Shown here: positions 10,670 through 25,910 of the stretch, in pieces
Layout of the letters: each line of letters opens with the position of its first letter
Position numbering within the stretch: the stretch's first letter is position 1
Assembly: GCA_963676615.1 (NCBI GenBank)
Contig: OY781092.1
Coordinates: 704,001-768,000, forward strand
Length of the DNA: 64,000 nt
From: Candidatus Cloacimonadota bacterium
GTDB lineage: Bacteria > Cloacimonadota > Cloacimonadia > G963667145
Reading direction: 5' to 3'
Made by a program: the position numbers and the translations under genes
Notes under the pieces: model-generated
Seen by the model: the letters and a program-made list of their open reading frames with translations, nothing else
What the model was told of the DNA's origin: nothing
Database searches by the model: none

Positions 10670-11577
10670 TATCTTGCCTCTTTTTGCAAAGCCAACTGCA
10701 CGATTTTTTCCACCAATTGCTCAAAGCTAAGCCCCACAGCCTTTGCCGCCATCGGCACCAAAGAGGTCGCCGTCATTCCAGGCAAAGTGTTGATTTCCAA
10801 AAAGTAAAACTTCTTGCCATCGTAAATAAAATCGACACGAGAATAGCCTTGCGCCCCGACAATCTTGTGCACCAAAAGCGCTAGCCGTTGCACCTCTTGC
10901 GCTTGCTCCGCGTCCAATTCGGCGGGCACAATATATTCCGTGCAACCTTTGGTGTATTTATTTTCGTAATCAAAAAAGCCGCTTTTTGGCTTAATCTCGA
11001 TAGTCGGCAAAGCGTCTTCACCCAAAATCGAGACGGTCAACTCTCTGCCAGCGATAAGCTCTTGACAAATCGCCGAAGAACTGCACGCAAGCGCCTCTTG
11101 CAGCGCATTCGGCAAATCTTTGGCGTGATTAACCATCGAAATTCCCACAGACGAACCCGCATCGTTCGGCTTGACCACCGCTGGCAAAAATTCAAAACTT
11201 TGGCACTCCTCCACCGAAAAAAACAGCTTGCCCATCGCAATCGGGACACCGTAGGAGCTGACCAGCCTCTCGCAAAGAAATTTATCCATCGCCACTGCAC
11301 AAGATTTGGAGTTTGAGCCCGTAAACGGAATTTTTTCTAACTCCAAAAGCGCCTGCAATTGCCCATTTTCGCCCTCGCCTCCGTGCAAAGCCAAAAACAC
11401 CAAATCGCTTTTTTGCTCCTTAATCTTTGCAATCAAACCAAAATACGAAAACTCAGCAGGATCTAGCAAAAACACCGTATGTCCCAGATTTTCCAAAGCT
11501 TTGGCTATCGCCAGCCCACTTTTTTCCGAAACCTCTTTTTCGGGCGAACGCCCTTTATATAAAACTGTTATTTTCAA
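10669..11577 (-). CDS. ddl: D-alanine--D-alanine ligase
   Basis: SPEKEVS..SG, LHGGEGENG, GSSVG, FDYENKY, EINTLPGMT.TSL.P. Confidence 0.95.
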   Translation of the reverse strand: MKITVLYKGRSPEKEVSEKSGLAIAKALENLGHTVFLLDPAEFSYFGLIAKIKEQKSDLVFLALHGGEGENGQLQALLELEKIPFTGSNSKSCAVAMDKFLCERLVSSYGVPIAMGKLFFSVEECQSFEFLPAVVKPNDAGSSVGISMVNHAKDLPNALQEALACSSSAICQELIAGRELTVSILGEDALPTIEIKPKSGFFDYENKYTKGCTEYIVPAELDAEQAQEVQRLALLVHKIVGAQGYSRVDFIYDGKKFYFLEINTLPGMTATSLVPMAAKAVGLSFEQLVEKIVQLALQKEAR

Positions 11578-11670
11578 CTTTTCTCTCCAAAAATTATCTA
11601 AAAATCAAGGTTTTGGTTAGCCCCTCTAAACTACAAGTTTTTTTTACTTTTTTACTTTAAAAGCACACAA

Positions 11671-11703
11671 AAAAAGGCTGAAAACCGAAGCTCTCAGCCT
11701 TTT
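11671..11703. terminator. Intrinsic terminator of groEL
   Basis: AAAAGGCTGA...TCAGCCTTTT hairpin flanked by A/T runs. Confidence 0.7.
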
Positions 11704-11725
11704 GACTTAAAAACATTGTAAAAAA

Positions 11726-13381
<1,656 letters not shown>

Positions 13382-13395
13382 CTAAAATTCGTTTT

Positions 13396-13422
13396 TTAGC
13401 AATCGAATGATTATAGTGCTAA
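13396..13422. promoter_or_regulatory. CIRCE element (HrcA operator)
   Basis: Minus strand TTAGCACTA-N9-GATTGCTAA against consensus TTAGCACTC-N9-GAGTGCTAA. It lies between TTGACA (13443-13448) and the groEL RBS. Confidence 0.85.
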
Positions 13423-13478
13423 TTTTTTTATCCAAATTATGATGTCAAATATTTTTTTCATTTTTTGACCATAAAAAA

Positions 13479-13517
13479 ATCTGTCTCCAAACTTTTATCA
13501 AGTTTTGAAAACAGATA
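13479..13517 (-). terminator. Probable terminator of the tRNA pair
   Basis: ATCTGT..AAACTT/AAGTTT..ACAGAT imperfect hairpin followed by a T-run on the minus strand. Confidence 0.5.
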
Positions 13518-13532
13518 AATCTTGTTATAAAA

Positions 13533-13608
13533 TGGTACTCCCGTAGGGATTCGAACCCTAGACCCACTGATTAAGAGTCAGTTGCTCTACCAACTGAGCT
13601 ACGGAAGC
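13533..13608 (-). tRNA. tRNA-Lys(CTT)
   Basis: GCTTCCGTAGCTCAGTTGGTAGAGCAACTGACTCTTAATCAG...GTTCGAATC...ACCA, 76 nt cloverleaf. Confidence 0.97.
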
Positions 13609-13619
13609 ACAACAAAAAA

Positions 13620-13695
13620 TGGCATCCCGTAGGGGAGTTGAACCCCTGTTACCGGCGTGAGAGGCCAGCGTCCTAGACCACTAGACGAACGGGAC
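13620..13695 (-). tRNA. tRNA-Glu(CTC)
   Basis: GTCCCGTTCGTCTAGTGGTCTAGGACGCTGGCCTCTCACGCCGG...GTTCAACTC...GCCA, 76 nt. Confidence 0.97.
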
Positions 13696-13816
13696 AATTA
13701 AACTTTCAATCGTAACGGCAATATTTTCTCGCCTGATTTTATGTCAAACTTTTTTATCCACTTCCACTTCAACAAAAAAAAAAGAGCCATGAAAAACACG
13801 GCTCCTCAAAACAAAA

Positions 13817-14329
13817 CTACTTAATCCGCAAAAGCGAACCAGCTCTAATCAGATTTTTATTCGGCAGATTGTTCAAATCGACCAAAACCTCCTGACTTTT
13901 GTGCACCTGCTGGGCAATTCCCGAGAGATTATCACCAATATCCACCTTGTAATAGTTCCCCGCAACACCAGCTTTTTTCTTCACCATCGGCAACTTCAGC
14001 GTTTTGCCAACAGGAATAACTTTCGGGTCAGAAATGCCGTTGAGGTCTGCCACTTGCCAGATATACATATCGTTTTTCAGGCACAAATCGTATAGATTAT
14101 CGCCCGCTTTCACATCATAACTTTCTGTCTCTTTGATAACGACCTCTTCCACAGCAACCTCTTGATCCGCTTCGTTCGAGACAATGTCTTCCACGACAAC
14201 CGTCCGTTCAGCCTGATTTTGTTCAACCTCCACAATCACCTCTTCTTTCAAAGGCTCTTCGACAGGTTTTTTAGCCGCACAACCAATCAGCAAAGCAACA
14301 ACCGCCAAAAACATAAAAATCTTTTTCAT
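13817..14329 (-). CDS. Lipoprotein with two LysM domains
   Basis: MKKIF...LLIGC lipobox, acidic linker, YDVKAGDNL...LNGI and YKVDIGDNL...LNNL repeats. Start moved to the ATG with a GGAGG RBS. Confidence 0.88.
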   Translation of the reverse strand: MKKIFMFLAVVALLIGCAAKKPVEEPLKEEVIVEVEQNQAERTVVVEDIVSNEADQEVAVEEVVIKETESYDVKAGDNLYDLCLKNDMYIWQVADLNGISDPKVIPVGKTLKLPMVKKKAGVAGNYYKVDIGDNLSGIAQQVHKSQEVLVDLNNLPNKNLIRAGSLLRIK

Positions 14330-14386
14330 TCCTTCCTCCATTTTTAATAGCACAATTACAAAAATTTAATCCAATGTCAAGCCTTT

Positions 14387-15403
14387 TTAGACAGGCTCAA
14401 TCCAACCATCTGGGTCGGCAATCTCGCCAAATTGAATCCCCGTGAGCGTGTTGTAAAGCTCTGTGGTGACAGGTCCGACCTCCGTTTGCGAATAAAATGT
14501 ATGCAGCTCGTTTTTGTAATGAACTGCCCCTATTGGCGTAATCACCGCCGCAGTTCCGCACGCTCCAGCCTCTTTAAACTCCGCCAAATTGTCGATAAAG
14601 ACATCGCGTTCTTCGACCTCCATTCCCAATTTATTTTTAGCCAAATAAAGCAAAGATTTTTTGGTAATGCTGGGCAAAATCGACGGCGATTTCGGCGTTA
14701 CGAACTTATCGTCTTGCGTGATTCCAAAAAAGTTAGCAGCTCCGACCTCCTCTATCTTCGTGTGCGTAGCTGGATCCAAGTAGATACAATCGGCAAATCC
14801 GCCTTTTGCACTGATTTGGTGCGGAAGCATACTTGCGGCATAATTTCCGCCAACTTTTACAGCTCCCGTGCCAGCTGGCGCCGCGCGGTCGTATTCCGAA
14901 ATGTCAAAATTCACTGGCGTGAGTCCGCCCTTAAAATACGCACCCACAGGCAAACAAAAAACGCAAAAAACGAACTCTGGCGCAGGCTTCACCCCAATAT
15001 TCGGTCCATCGCCAAACAAAAACGGACGAATATACAAAGTCGCCCCACTGCCATACGGCGGCACAAACTCCGCGTTCTCTCTGACCACCTCTTTGCACGC
15101 CTGCACAAACCGCTCCACAGGAAACTCCGGCATCAGCGTCCTCTGACAGCTGGTAATCATCCGCTTGGCGTTCTCCTGCGGACGAAACAGCACAATCTTG
15201 CCCTCTTTTGTTGAATAAGCCTTCAACCCTTCAAAACAAGACTGTCCATAATGCAGCGCCGTTGCCGCCACATGAATGCTCAAATGCTCGCCGTCCACCA
15301 TCTCGCCCTTGCCCCATTGCCCGTCTTTGTAGCGACAAACAAACATCTTCTTCGCCTTTCTATACTCAAATCCCAGATTGCTCCAATCGATTTTTTCACT
15401 CAT
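14387..15403 (-). CDS. ilvE: Branched-chain amino acid aminotransferase
   Basis: LHYGQ.CFEGLKAY, LYIRP, KVGGNYA, EEVGAAN, ILPSIT, GTAAVITP. Confidence 0.95.
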   Translation of the reverse strand: MSEKIDWSNLGFEYRKAKKMFVCRYKDGQWGKGEMVDGEHLSIHVAATALHYGQSCFEGLKAYSTKEGKIVLFRPQENAKRMITSCQRTLMPEFPVERFVQACKEVVRENAEFVPPYGSGATLYIRPFLFGDGPNIGVKPAPEFVFCVFCLPVGAYFKGGLTPVNFDISEYDRAAPAGTGAVKVGGNYAASMLPHQISAKGGFADCIYLDPATHTKIEEVGAANFFGITQDDKFVTPKSPSILPSITKKSLLYLAKNKLGMEVEERDVFIDNLAEFKEAGACGTAAVITPIGAVHYKNELHTFYSQTEVGPVTTELYNTLTGIQFGEIADPDGWIEPV

Positions 15404-15459
15404 TTTGTCCCCCAATATTTAAATTTACACCATTTTTAAAATTTCTAAAAACTCTATCT

Positions 15460-16317
15460 TTACAACAGCCCCAAATTTTCTTTGCCAAACTCGTAAACCT
15501 TTCCGCAAAAGTGACAAGTAGCCTTAATCTTCCCCTTTTCCTGCAAAATCTGCTCAATCTCCTTTTTCGGCAAAAGCTTTATCCCGCTTTTGAACCGCTC
15601 CTGATTACAATCACACTCATATTTCACAGGAGTTTCCGCCAAAATTTGCGGGTCGTCAACAACAAACTTTTTCAAAATCTCGCTAACCGAGTAGCCCATA
15701 TCCATCAAATCTGTGAAATTAGGGAACTTCCGCATTTTCTCTTCCAACCGCAAAATCACCGACTCGTCGGCATCTGGCGAAAGCTGAACGATAAATCCGC
15801 CAGACTGCAAAATCTCCGCTTTTTCGTTTATCAACACACCCAAAACCACCACCGAAGCCACCTGCTCCGACTGCTGCAAAAGGTGCGCAATATCTTGCGC
15901 AATCTCCGAAGTTTGCAGCTGCACCTGCCCCTGATACGGCGCTTTCAGCCCTTCATCTCTGACGATGCTCAAAAAACCTCTACCCACAGCTTTTGGAATA
16001 TCGAAGCCTTTGCCCGAGGCTCGCACCACCTCTTTTTCGGGATTGGAAATCGTGCCTTTCACTTTGCCGTCTTGGCTTGCCACCACTGTCGCTTTTCCAA
16101 GAGGTCCGTCGGCACTCACCCGCAAAGTCAACTTATTGCGAGCGTTTTTCATTTGTGAGCCCAAAAGCAAACCCGCACTCAAAAGCCTGCCCAGCGTTAC
16201 GCTAGCGGTTATCGATAAATTGTGCAACTGCTGCGCTCGACGCACAACCTCGGTGCAATCGACCGCCATAAAATTCAAGCCGTCGCCTGTTCCTCTAATC
16301 AAAACATCCATTTTCAA
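15460..16317 (-). CDS. hslO: Hsp33 redox-regulated chaperone
   Basis: LGRLL, GPLG, QSEQV.S, GGFIVQL.P, C-terminal CxC...CxxC zinc centre. Confidence 0.93.
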   Translation of the reverse strand: MKMDVLIRGTGDGLNFMAVDCTEVVRRAQQLHNLSITASVTLGRLLSAGLLLGSQMKNARNKLTLRVSADGPLGKATVVASQDGKVKGTISNPEKEVVRASGKGFDIPKAVGRGFLSIVRDEGLKAPYQGQVQLQTSEIAQDIAHLLQQSEQVASVVVLGVLINEKAEILQSGGFIVQLSPDADESVILRLEEKMRKFPNFTDLMDMGYSVSEILKKFVVDDPQILAETPVKYECDCNQERFKSGIKLLPKKEIEQILQEKGKIKATCHFCGKVYEFGKENLGLL

Positions 16318-16325
16318 AAAAATCC

Positions 16326-17105
16326 TTATCCTAAATTTTGATACAACTTAATAATCTCAAAAAGTTCGTCCAGTTGCGAAAAATCGAGCATCGTGCTGGC
16401 GTCGCACAAAGCTTTTTTCGGGCTCGGATGCGCCTCCACAAAAAGCCCTGCAACCGCTCCAGTAGCAAGGGCAGCTCTGGCTAGCGGCAAAGCATATTCT
16501 GGCGTCCCTCCGCTGATTTTGCCCAACGAGGGCTCTTGCATCGAATGCGTAACATCGTAAACCACTGGAAAATCAAGCGCTTTCATCTTGATAAAATTAC
16601 GAAAATCAACCACCAAATTATGATAGCCAAAACTCGTTCCTCTTTCGGTGAGCAAAATCTTTCGATTCTCGCCACATTTTTCGATCGCCCCCTGCAAATC
16701 TTCTGCCGCCATAAATTGCGCCTTTTTAATATTCACAATCTTGCCCGTTGCCGCTGCCGCCTGCAAAAGCGCCGTCTGACGCGACAAAAAAGCTGGAATT
16801 TGCAAAATATCGGCAACTTCCGCCGCTGGTTGCGCCTGCTCTGGCAGATGAATATCGGTAACTATCGACACGCCAAACTCTTGCTTGATTTTTTGCAAAT
16901 CGGCAAGCCCTTTTTCGAGCCCAGGACCTTGATAAGAGTCAGAACTGGTGCGGTTCGCCTTCTCAAAAGACGCCTTAAAAATCACAGGGCAAGGAGCGTT
17001 TTGCACAAGATAATCGGCAACCCTTTTACCCATCTCCAAATTCTCCAAAACGCACGGACCAGCCAGCAAAAATTTCTCTTTTTTTAACACGCCATAATCT
17101 ATCAT
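16326..17105 (-). CDS. kdsA: KDO8P synthase
   Basis: AGPCVLE, FKASFEKANRTS, QIPAFLSRQT, ERGTSFGY, DVTHS. Confidence 0.95.
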   Translation of the reverse strand: MIDYGVLKKEKFLLAGPCVLENLEMGKRVADYLVQNAPCPVIFKASFEKANRTSSDSYQGPGLEKGLADLQKIKQEFGVSIVTDIHLPEQAQPAAEVADILQIPAFLSRQTALLQAAAATGKIVNIKKAQFMAAEDLQGAIEKCGENRKILLTERGTSFGYHNLVVDFRNFIKMKALDFPVVYDVTHSMQEPSLGKISGGTPEYALPLARAALATGAVAGLFVEAHPSPKKALCDASTMLDFSQLDELFEIIKLYQNLG

Positions 17106-17106
17106 A

Positions 17107-17868
17107 TCAAGCCCCCAAGCGAATATTCAAGCCTTTTTCGCTTAGATATTTTTTAATTTGCGGTATCGTCATTTTTTCGTAATGCAAGAGCGATGCCAGC
17201 AGCAATGCGTCTGCCTTGCCGACTCGCACACCCTGCTCAAAATGCTCCAGCTTGCCCGCTCCGCCAGAGGCAATCACCGGCACAGAAGAAATCTCGCCAA
17301 CTTTTTTCGTCAGCTCCAAATCGTAGCCGTCGCCCGTCCCGTCGGCATCGATAGAGTTCAGCAAAATCTCGCCAGCACCCAAATCGATCGCTTTTTTCAC
17401 CCATTCCAGCACATCCAAGCCCGTGTCAACCCGTCCGCCAGCCACAAAACAGTGCCAGCTAGAGCCAACTTTTTTCGCATCCACCGACAGCACAATGCAC
17501 TGACTGCCATAGGTTTGCGCACCCTCTTTGATTAAATTCGGATTTTTAATCGCCGCCGAGCAAATACTCACTTTGTCTGCTCCAGCCAAAAGTGCCTGCC
17601 GAATATCATCAACACTGCGAATGCCGCCGCCAACAGTCAGCGGAATAAAAACCGCCTGCGCCACGCTCTGCACCACATCCAAAAGCGTCTGTTTGCTCTT
17701 ATATGTCGCCCCAATATCCAAAAAAGTCAGCTCGTCTGCGCCCTGCTGATAATACTTTTTCGCCAGCTCCAGCGGATCGCCCGCGTCCTTTATCTGCTTA
17801 AAACTCGTGCCTTTTACCACTCGTCCGTCTTCGACATCCAAACACGGGATAATTCTCGTCGCCAACAT
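17107..17868 (-). CDS. hisF: Imidazole glycerol phosphate synthase cyclase subunit
   Basis: [54 protein letters not shown]. Confidence 0.95.
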   Translation of the reverse strand: MLATRIIPCLDVEDGRVVKGTSFKQIKDAGDPLELAKKYYQQGADELTFLDIGATYKSKQTLLDVVQSVAQAVFIPLTVGGGIRSVDDIRQALLAGADKVSICSAAIKNPNLIKEGAQTYGSQCIVLSVDAKKVGSSWHCFVAGGRVDTGLDVLEWVKKAIDLGAGEILLNSIDADGTGDGYDLELTKKVGEISSVPVIASGGAGKLEHFEQGVRVGKADALLLASLLHYEKMTIPQIKKYLSEKGLNIRLGA

Positions 17869-18104
17869 TATCTATAAACTTCCTTCGTTCAATTAAATTT
17901 TCTCCCGCAATTTGTAAACTTCGGACGATAATGTCAACAATAATATTCAGTTTTGCTGGTCGTCCTTTTCTTTTATCGTAGGCGAAATAGTTTGACACAT
18001 TCTCGACACCCAAAAGTTTACTACTCAAACAAAGTAAATCATTAAAAATCAAAAAGTTAATTTGCGTATCTGCAAACCCCTTTTTCTATTACAAGGAGAA
18101 ATTA

Positions 18105-19712
18105 GTGCTGAATTTTGACCAACTCGGATTAAATCAAGAAATTTTGTCCACCATAAAAAAACTCGGATTTGAGACTCCAACTCAGGTGCAAGCCGAAGTC
18201 ATTCCTACGGTTTTGGAAACCGACCACCATCTTATCGTCCTCTCGCAAACAGGTTCGGGCAAAACCGCCACCTTTGGTCTGCCGATGATTCAGTCGTTCG
18301 ATCCAAACGAAAAAGGTGTGCAATTTTTCATCCTCGCTCCCACACGCGAGCTGGTGCAGCAGATATGCCAAGAGCTAAAAGATTACTCGATAAACTCCGC
18401 TGGATTTAGCGTCGTCAGCCTTTTTGGCGGCGGCAGCATCAAACAGCAAATCGACGCACTTAACTCAAGACCCACAGTCGTCGTCGGCACGCCAGGCAGA
18501 ACTTTGGACTTCCTCAATCGCCGCAGACTCAACCTCTCTGGCATCAAAAGTTTGGTGCTGGACGAAGCCGACCAGATGCTGGATATGGGCTTTCAGGAAG
18601 AGCTCGAGGCGATACTCGAATACACCAATCCACAAAAAAGGGTGCTGCTCTTTTCGGCAACGATGAACAAACAAGTGGAAAAACTGGCGTCCAATCGCTA
18701 TATGAGCGACCCGATAAAAATCACCATCGGCAAGCAAAATCAAGGCGTTGAGAACATCAAACACTACTATCACCTTTGCTCTGGCAAACAAAAAACGGCG
18801 GTGCTCTCTCGAATTTTGGATAACTTCGCCAACATTTATGGAATCGTTTTTTGTCGCACCAAAAAAGACACCGTCGATATTTGCGCCAATTTGCAAAAAA
18901 TGGGCTATCGAGTGGAAGCGTTCAACGGCGATATGTCACAACCGCAACGAGAGCAGATAATGCAAAAATTTCGCAGCAAAAACCTAAAACTCCTGATTGC
19001 CACAGATGTCGCCGCGCGTGGAATTGATGTAAAAAACCTCACTCACATCGTCAACTACGCCCTGCCAGACGACCCCGAAACCTATGTCCATCGCAGCGGC
19101 AGAACAGGCAGAGCGGGCGAACAAGGCGTCTGCATCTCCATCGTCGGACAAAAAGAAAAACGAAAACTTCTGTCTATCCAAAAAATGCTGGGGCTACCCA
19201 TCGAGTTGCAAAAAATTCCAACTGGCGACGAAGTTTGCCAAAACAGGCTTTTGGGGCTAAGCAAAACTTTCGCCAATTTTCAAATCGACCCAAAACTCGA
19301 CCAGTTTGCGCAAGACGCCTATCTCGAATTTTCTCAATTTTCCAAAGAGGATCTCATCAAATCTTTTGTTGGGCTGCAACTAAGCAAACTTTGGCATCGC
19401 TATCACAAATTGCCAGATCTGAACCCTCACGCAAAAGTCCGTCTTGGCAAAATCAAAATCAACCTCGGCAAAAATCACGACTTCCAAAAAAGCGACCTTT
19501 TTAGCCTCATCAAAAGCGTGCAAAGGAGCATCGAGATTGGGCAAATCAAGATTTTTGACAAAAAAACCGAAGTCGAAATCGACAAAAAATTTATTCAACA
19601 AGTTATCGAAAGTTTCAACAAAAAAAGTTTTGCTCATTTGCCAATCAAAGCCACACCGCTGGCTACTCGCGGAAGATTTGGCTCTCCACAAAGAAGGAAA
19701 AGGAAAAAATAA
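18105..19712 (+). CDS. DEAD-box RNA helicase with DbpA-like C-terminal RNA-binding domain
   Basis: Q motif, QTGSGKT, PTREL, DEAD, SAT, ARGID, HRSGRTGR. Confidence 0.93.
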   Translation: MLNFDQLGLNQEILSTIKKLGFETPTQVQAEVIPTVLETDHHLIVLSQTGSGKTATFGLPMIQSFDPNEKGVQFFILAPTRELVQQICQELKDYSINSAGFSVVSLFGGGSIKQQIDALNSRPTVVVGTPGRTLDFLNRRRLNLSGIKSLVLDEADQMLDMGFQEELEAILEYTNPQKRVLLFSATMNKQVEKLASNRYMSDPIKITIGKQNQGVENIKHYYHLCSGKQKTAVLSRILDNFANIYGIVFCRTKKDTVDICANLQKMGYRVEAFNGDMSQPQREQIMQKFRSKNLKLLIATDVAARGIDVKNLTHIVNYALPDDPETYVHRSGRTGRAGEQGVCISIVGQKEKRKLLSIQKMLGLPIELQKIPTGDEVCQNRLLGLSKTFANFQIDPKLDQFAQDAYLEFSQFSKEDLIKSFVGLQLSKLWHRYHKLPDLNPHAKVRLGKIKINLGKNHDFQKSDLFSLIKSVQRSIEIGQIKIFDKKTEVEIDKKFIQQVIESFNKKSFAHLPIKATPLATRGRFGSPQRRKRKK

Positions 19713-19798
19713 ATCTTGACGCAAAATCTAGCTGGCAAAATTTTTGGAAAATATTAAGTTAAACTTTTGCAGGTTTTAGTAGTTTATAAAAAAATCAA

Positions 19799-19855
19799 GT
19801 TGCGGGGATTTGTTCCGTATTGCACCGCAACAAACAAAAAAAAGCTAAAAAGGAG
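19799..19855 (+). ncRNA. SAM-II (SAM-alpha)-like riboswitch
   Basis: Stem GTTGCGG/CCGCAAC encloses GATTT..TTCCGTATTGCA and is followed by AAACAA...GCTAAAAAGGAG, which includes the metK RBS. Confidence 0.8.
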
Positions 19856-19861
19856 ATTTTA

Positions 19862-21010
19862 ATGAAAAATTATCTATTCACCAGCGAGTCTGTAACCGAG
19901 GGGCATCCCGACAAAATTTGCGACCAAATTTCGGACTCAATTCTTGACGCAATCTTGACTCAAGACCCAGAATCGCGAGTCGCTTGCGAAACTTTTGTAA
20001 CGACAGGAATGGCGCTTGTCGGCGGCGAAATCACCACCAGTTGCTATGTTGACATCTCTTCGGTTGTGCGCGACACTTTGCGAAAAATCGGCTACACCAA
20101 CGCCGACTATGGCATCGACGCCAAAACTTGCGCGGTAATCACCACTATCGACAAACAATCACGCGACATCGCTATGGGCGTGGACGAATACACCGAGCAC
20201 GAACAAGGCGCGGGCGACCAAGGAATGATGTTTGGCTACGCTTGCAAAGAGACGCCCGAGTTGATGCCACTGCCGATTATGCTCAGCCACAAACTGACCC
20301 GCAAACTTTCCGAAGTGCGCAAATCTGGCGAGCTGGGCTACCTGCGTCCAGACGGCAAATCTCAGGTAACCGTCGAGTATGTAAACGACAAGCCCTCGCG
20401 CGTAGAAGCTGTGGTTATCTCAACACAACACGACCCCGAAATCACTTTGGAGCAAATCCGCAAAGATGTTTTGGAAAAAATCATCAAACCGATAATCGGA
20501 AGCGATTTTATGGACGCCAACACCAAAATTCACATCAACCCCACGGGGCGCTTTGTTTTGGGCGGACCGCACGCCGACACAGGACTTACTGGACGCAAAA
20601 TTATTGTGGACACCTACGGCGGAAAAGGCAGCCACGGCGGCGGATGTTTCAGCGGAAAAGACCCCTCAAAAGTGGATCGCAGCGCATCGTATATGGCTCG
20701 CTACATCGCCAAAAATATCGTGGCAGCCGATTTAGCAGACAGATGCGAAGTCGAACTTGCCTACGCAATCGGCGTGGCAGAGCCTGTTTCCGTGCTTGTT
20801 GACACTTTTGGCACAGGCAAAGTTGACGAGAGCAAAATAACCGATGCGGTCAAAAAAATATTCCCGCTTAAACCTGCAAAGTTGATAAAACACCTAGATT
20901 TGAAAAAACCAATCTACGCAGCTACCGCGGCTTATGGACATTTCGGACGCTCGGAATTTCCTTGGGAAGCGATCGATATGGTGGGAAAATTAAAAGAGGC
21001 GACCTCCTAA
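19862..21010 (+). CDS. metK: S-adenosylmethionine synthetase
   Basis: [33 protein letters not shown]. Start at the ATG after AGGAG. Confidence 0.98.
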   Translation: MKNYLFTSESVTEGHPDKICDQISDSILDAILTQDPESRVACETFVTTGMALVGGEITTSCYVDISSVVRDTLRKIGYTNADYGIDAKTCAVITTIDKQSRDIAMGVDEYTEHEQGAGDQGMMFGYACKETPELMPLPIMLSHKLTRKLSEVRKSGELGYLRPDGKSQVTVEYVNDKPSRVEAVVISTQHDPEITLEQIRKDVLEKIIKPIIGSDFMDANTKIHINPTGRFVLGGPHADTGLTGRKIIVDTYGGKGSHGGGCFSGKDPSKVDRSASYMARYIAKNIVAADLADRCEVELAYAIGVAEPVSVLVDTFGTGKVDESKITDAVKKIFPLKPAKLIKHLDLKKPIYAATAAYGHFGRSEFPWEAIDMVGKLKEATS

Positions 21011-21015
21011 AAAAA

Positions 21016-21591
21016 ATGACCGAAAAACAACACGAAATAATCGAAAAACTGAAATACAAAGGGGCTGACAACGCCCCTTTTCTTTCTCTTGGAGCCAAAA
21101 AACACATCAGCCTTATCGGATTTATGGGCGCTGGCAAAACCACAATCTGCAACGCTTTGGGCGATAAATCGCTCGATCTAGATTTCCTTGTTGAAAAAAA
21201 AGCGATGCTCAAAATTTACGACATCTTCAAAAATTTCGGCGAAAAAAAATTTCGGGAACTGGAACTGACTACGCTCCAAGAAGTCGCCAAAAATCCAAAA
21301 CCCATTTGCCTAGCGACAGGTGGCGGCGTAGTCGTTAAAAGCCTAGCACGCCAAGAACTGAAAAAAAACTTTTACAACATATTCCTCTTACTTCCGCCAA
21401 AAATAGCTTATCAGAGGATTGAGAACGACAAAAAACGACCACTTTTTTCGCAAGATTTAGACAAAATGCAAGAACTTTTTGACTCTCGACTGGACTGGTA
21501 TTTGGATGTTGCCGATTTGATTTTGGATATGGAAAATATCAGCACGCAAGCAGCGGTGGAGCTTATAAATCGCCTTCTTACAAAGAGTTAG
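21016..21591 (+). CDS. aroK: Shikimate kinase
   Basis: GFMGAGKTT, DLD, GE..FR..E, ATGGG, RPL. Start uncertain. Confidence 0.88.
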   Translation: MTEKQHEIIEKLKYKGADNAPFLSLGAKKHISLIGFMGAGKTTICNALGDKSLDLDFLVEKKAMLKIYDIFKNFGEKKFRELELTTLQEVAKNPKPICLATGGGVVVKSLARQELKKNFYNIFLLLPPKIAYQRIENDKKRPLFSQDLDKMQELFDSRLDWYLDVADLILDMENISTQAAVELINRLLTKS

Positions 21592-21593
21592 CC

Positions 21594-24898
<3,305 letters not shown>

Positions 24899-24915
24899 TC
24901 AAAATCCTTGCGAAA

Positions 24916-25893
24916 TTAAAGATTTTTCTTCAAAAACATAATGTTCTCGATGGCAAACGGGTCAACGCCGTTCTCCCTCGCCAAATAGTAACTAATCATA
25001 TCGCCGATAAAAATGAGCGAAAAAACTTTTTCGATATAGGAATTCCCCTCGGCGTAAAGCTCGATTTTCTCGTCAATCAATTGTGAGAAAACATCCACCC
25101 GCTTTTGATAATGCTGTTCCAGTTCAAAATCGAGCAAAAACACTGGCAAAATCGGCAAATCTTGATGATAATACCCTTCGATTTCGTTGTGGTTCATCTC
25201 AGGGAAATAGTGCCAAAAAGCTGGCGAGTTTGCGTTTTCGTTTAACTGGCATTTCATCCGATACGCCGCACAGCTGTAGGCAGGAGACCCCGCATAAACC
25301 ACCGCAATTTTGCCCTTCAGCTTTTGCGCAATCTGCTTCGCCAAATTTTGCTCCAGCGGCGAAGACTCAAAAATCGCCTGCACTTTGCCAGCCAACTGAC
25401 TCGTTGCCGCATCTACCTCCTGTGCGATGCTAGGCGCCAAACCAAAAGCTTCCAAAATTTTGTGCAGCGCTCCAAACAAAAAAGCGACAGCCGCTCTCGG
25501 CGGAAATCCAGCCTCCAGCTTCACCATCGGGAATTTTCCCTCAAGCAATCTCCCCAGCTCGCCTCCAGTGGTCACACCTGCGATGTTTTTCGTCTGCTTT
25601 TGCGCCTGCTCAAAGCACGCCAAAGTTTCTGCCGTATTTCCCGAATAAGAAACCACCACCACCAAAGTTTGCGCGTCGATAAAGCCCAAATTGTAGTCGC
25701 TGACCACCCGCACAGGCATCGTGCTTCCATAAGCTCCGGCGATAATGTGCCCGGCAATGCCCGAGCCGCCCATTCCACACACCACGAGTTTGTTCACGCT
25801 CGCCGCCTGCTGAGCAACACTCACCTTGTGATAGCCGTTATAAATCTGCTGCGGCAGATGCGTTATCAAATCGTGCATCGAATTTTTATCCAT
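24916..25893 (-). CDS. Bifunctional phosphoglucose/phosphomannose isomerase (SIS)
   Basis: GMGGSG, SYSGNTAET, PPRAA, K.Q.NEN, PEMNHNEIEG. Confidence 0.9.
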   Translation of the reverse strand: MDKNSMHDLITHLPQQIYNGYHKVSVAQQAASVNKLVVCGMGGSGIAGHIIAGAYGSTMPVRVVSDYNLGFIDAQTLVVVVSYSGNTAETLACFEQAQKQTKNIAGVTTGGELGRLLEGKFPMVKLEAGFPPRAAVAFLFGALHKILEAFGLAPSIAQEVDAATSQLAGKVQAIFESSPLEQNLAKQIAQKLKGKIAVVYAGSPAYSCAAYRMKCQLNENANSPAFWHYFPEMNHNEIEGYYHQDLPILPVFLLDFELEQHYQKRVDVFSQLIDEKIELYAEGNSYIEKVFSLIFIGDMISYYLARENGVDPFAIENIMFLKKNL

Positions 25894-25910
25894 TATTACA
25901 GTCCTCTTTT

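Noticed and set aside
13450..13816. tRNA pair as an integration site
   Set aside because: No integrase, att duplication or compositional shift nearby.
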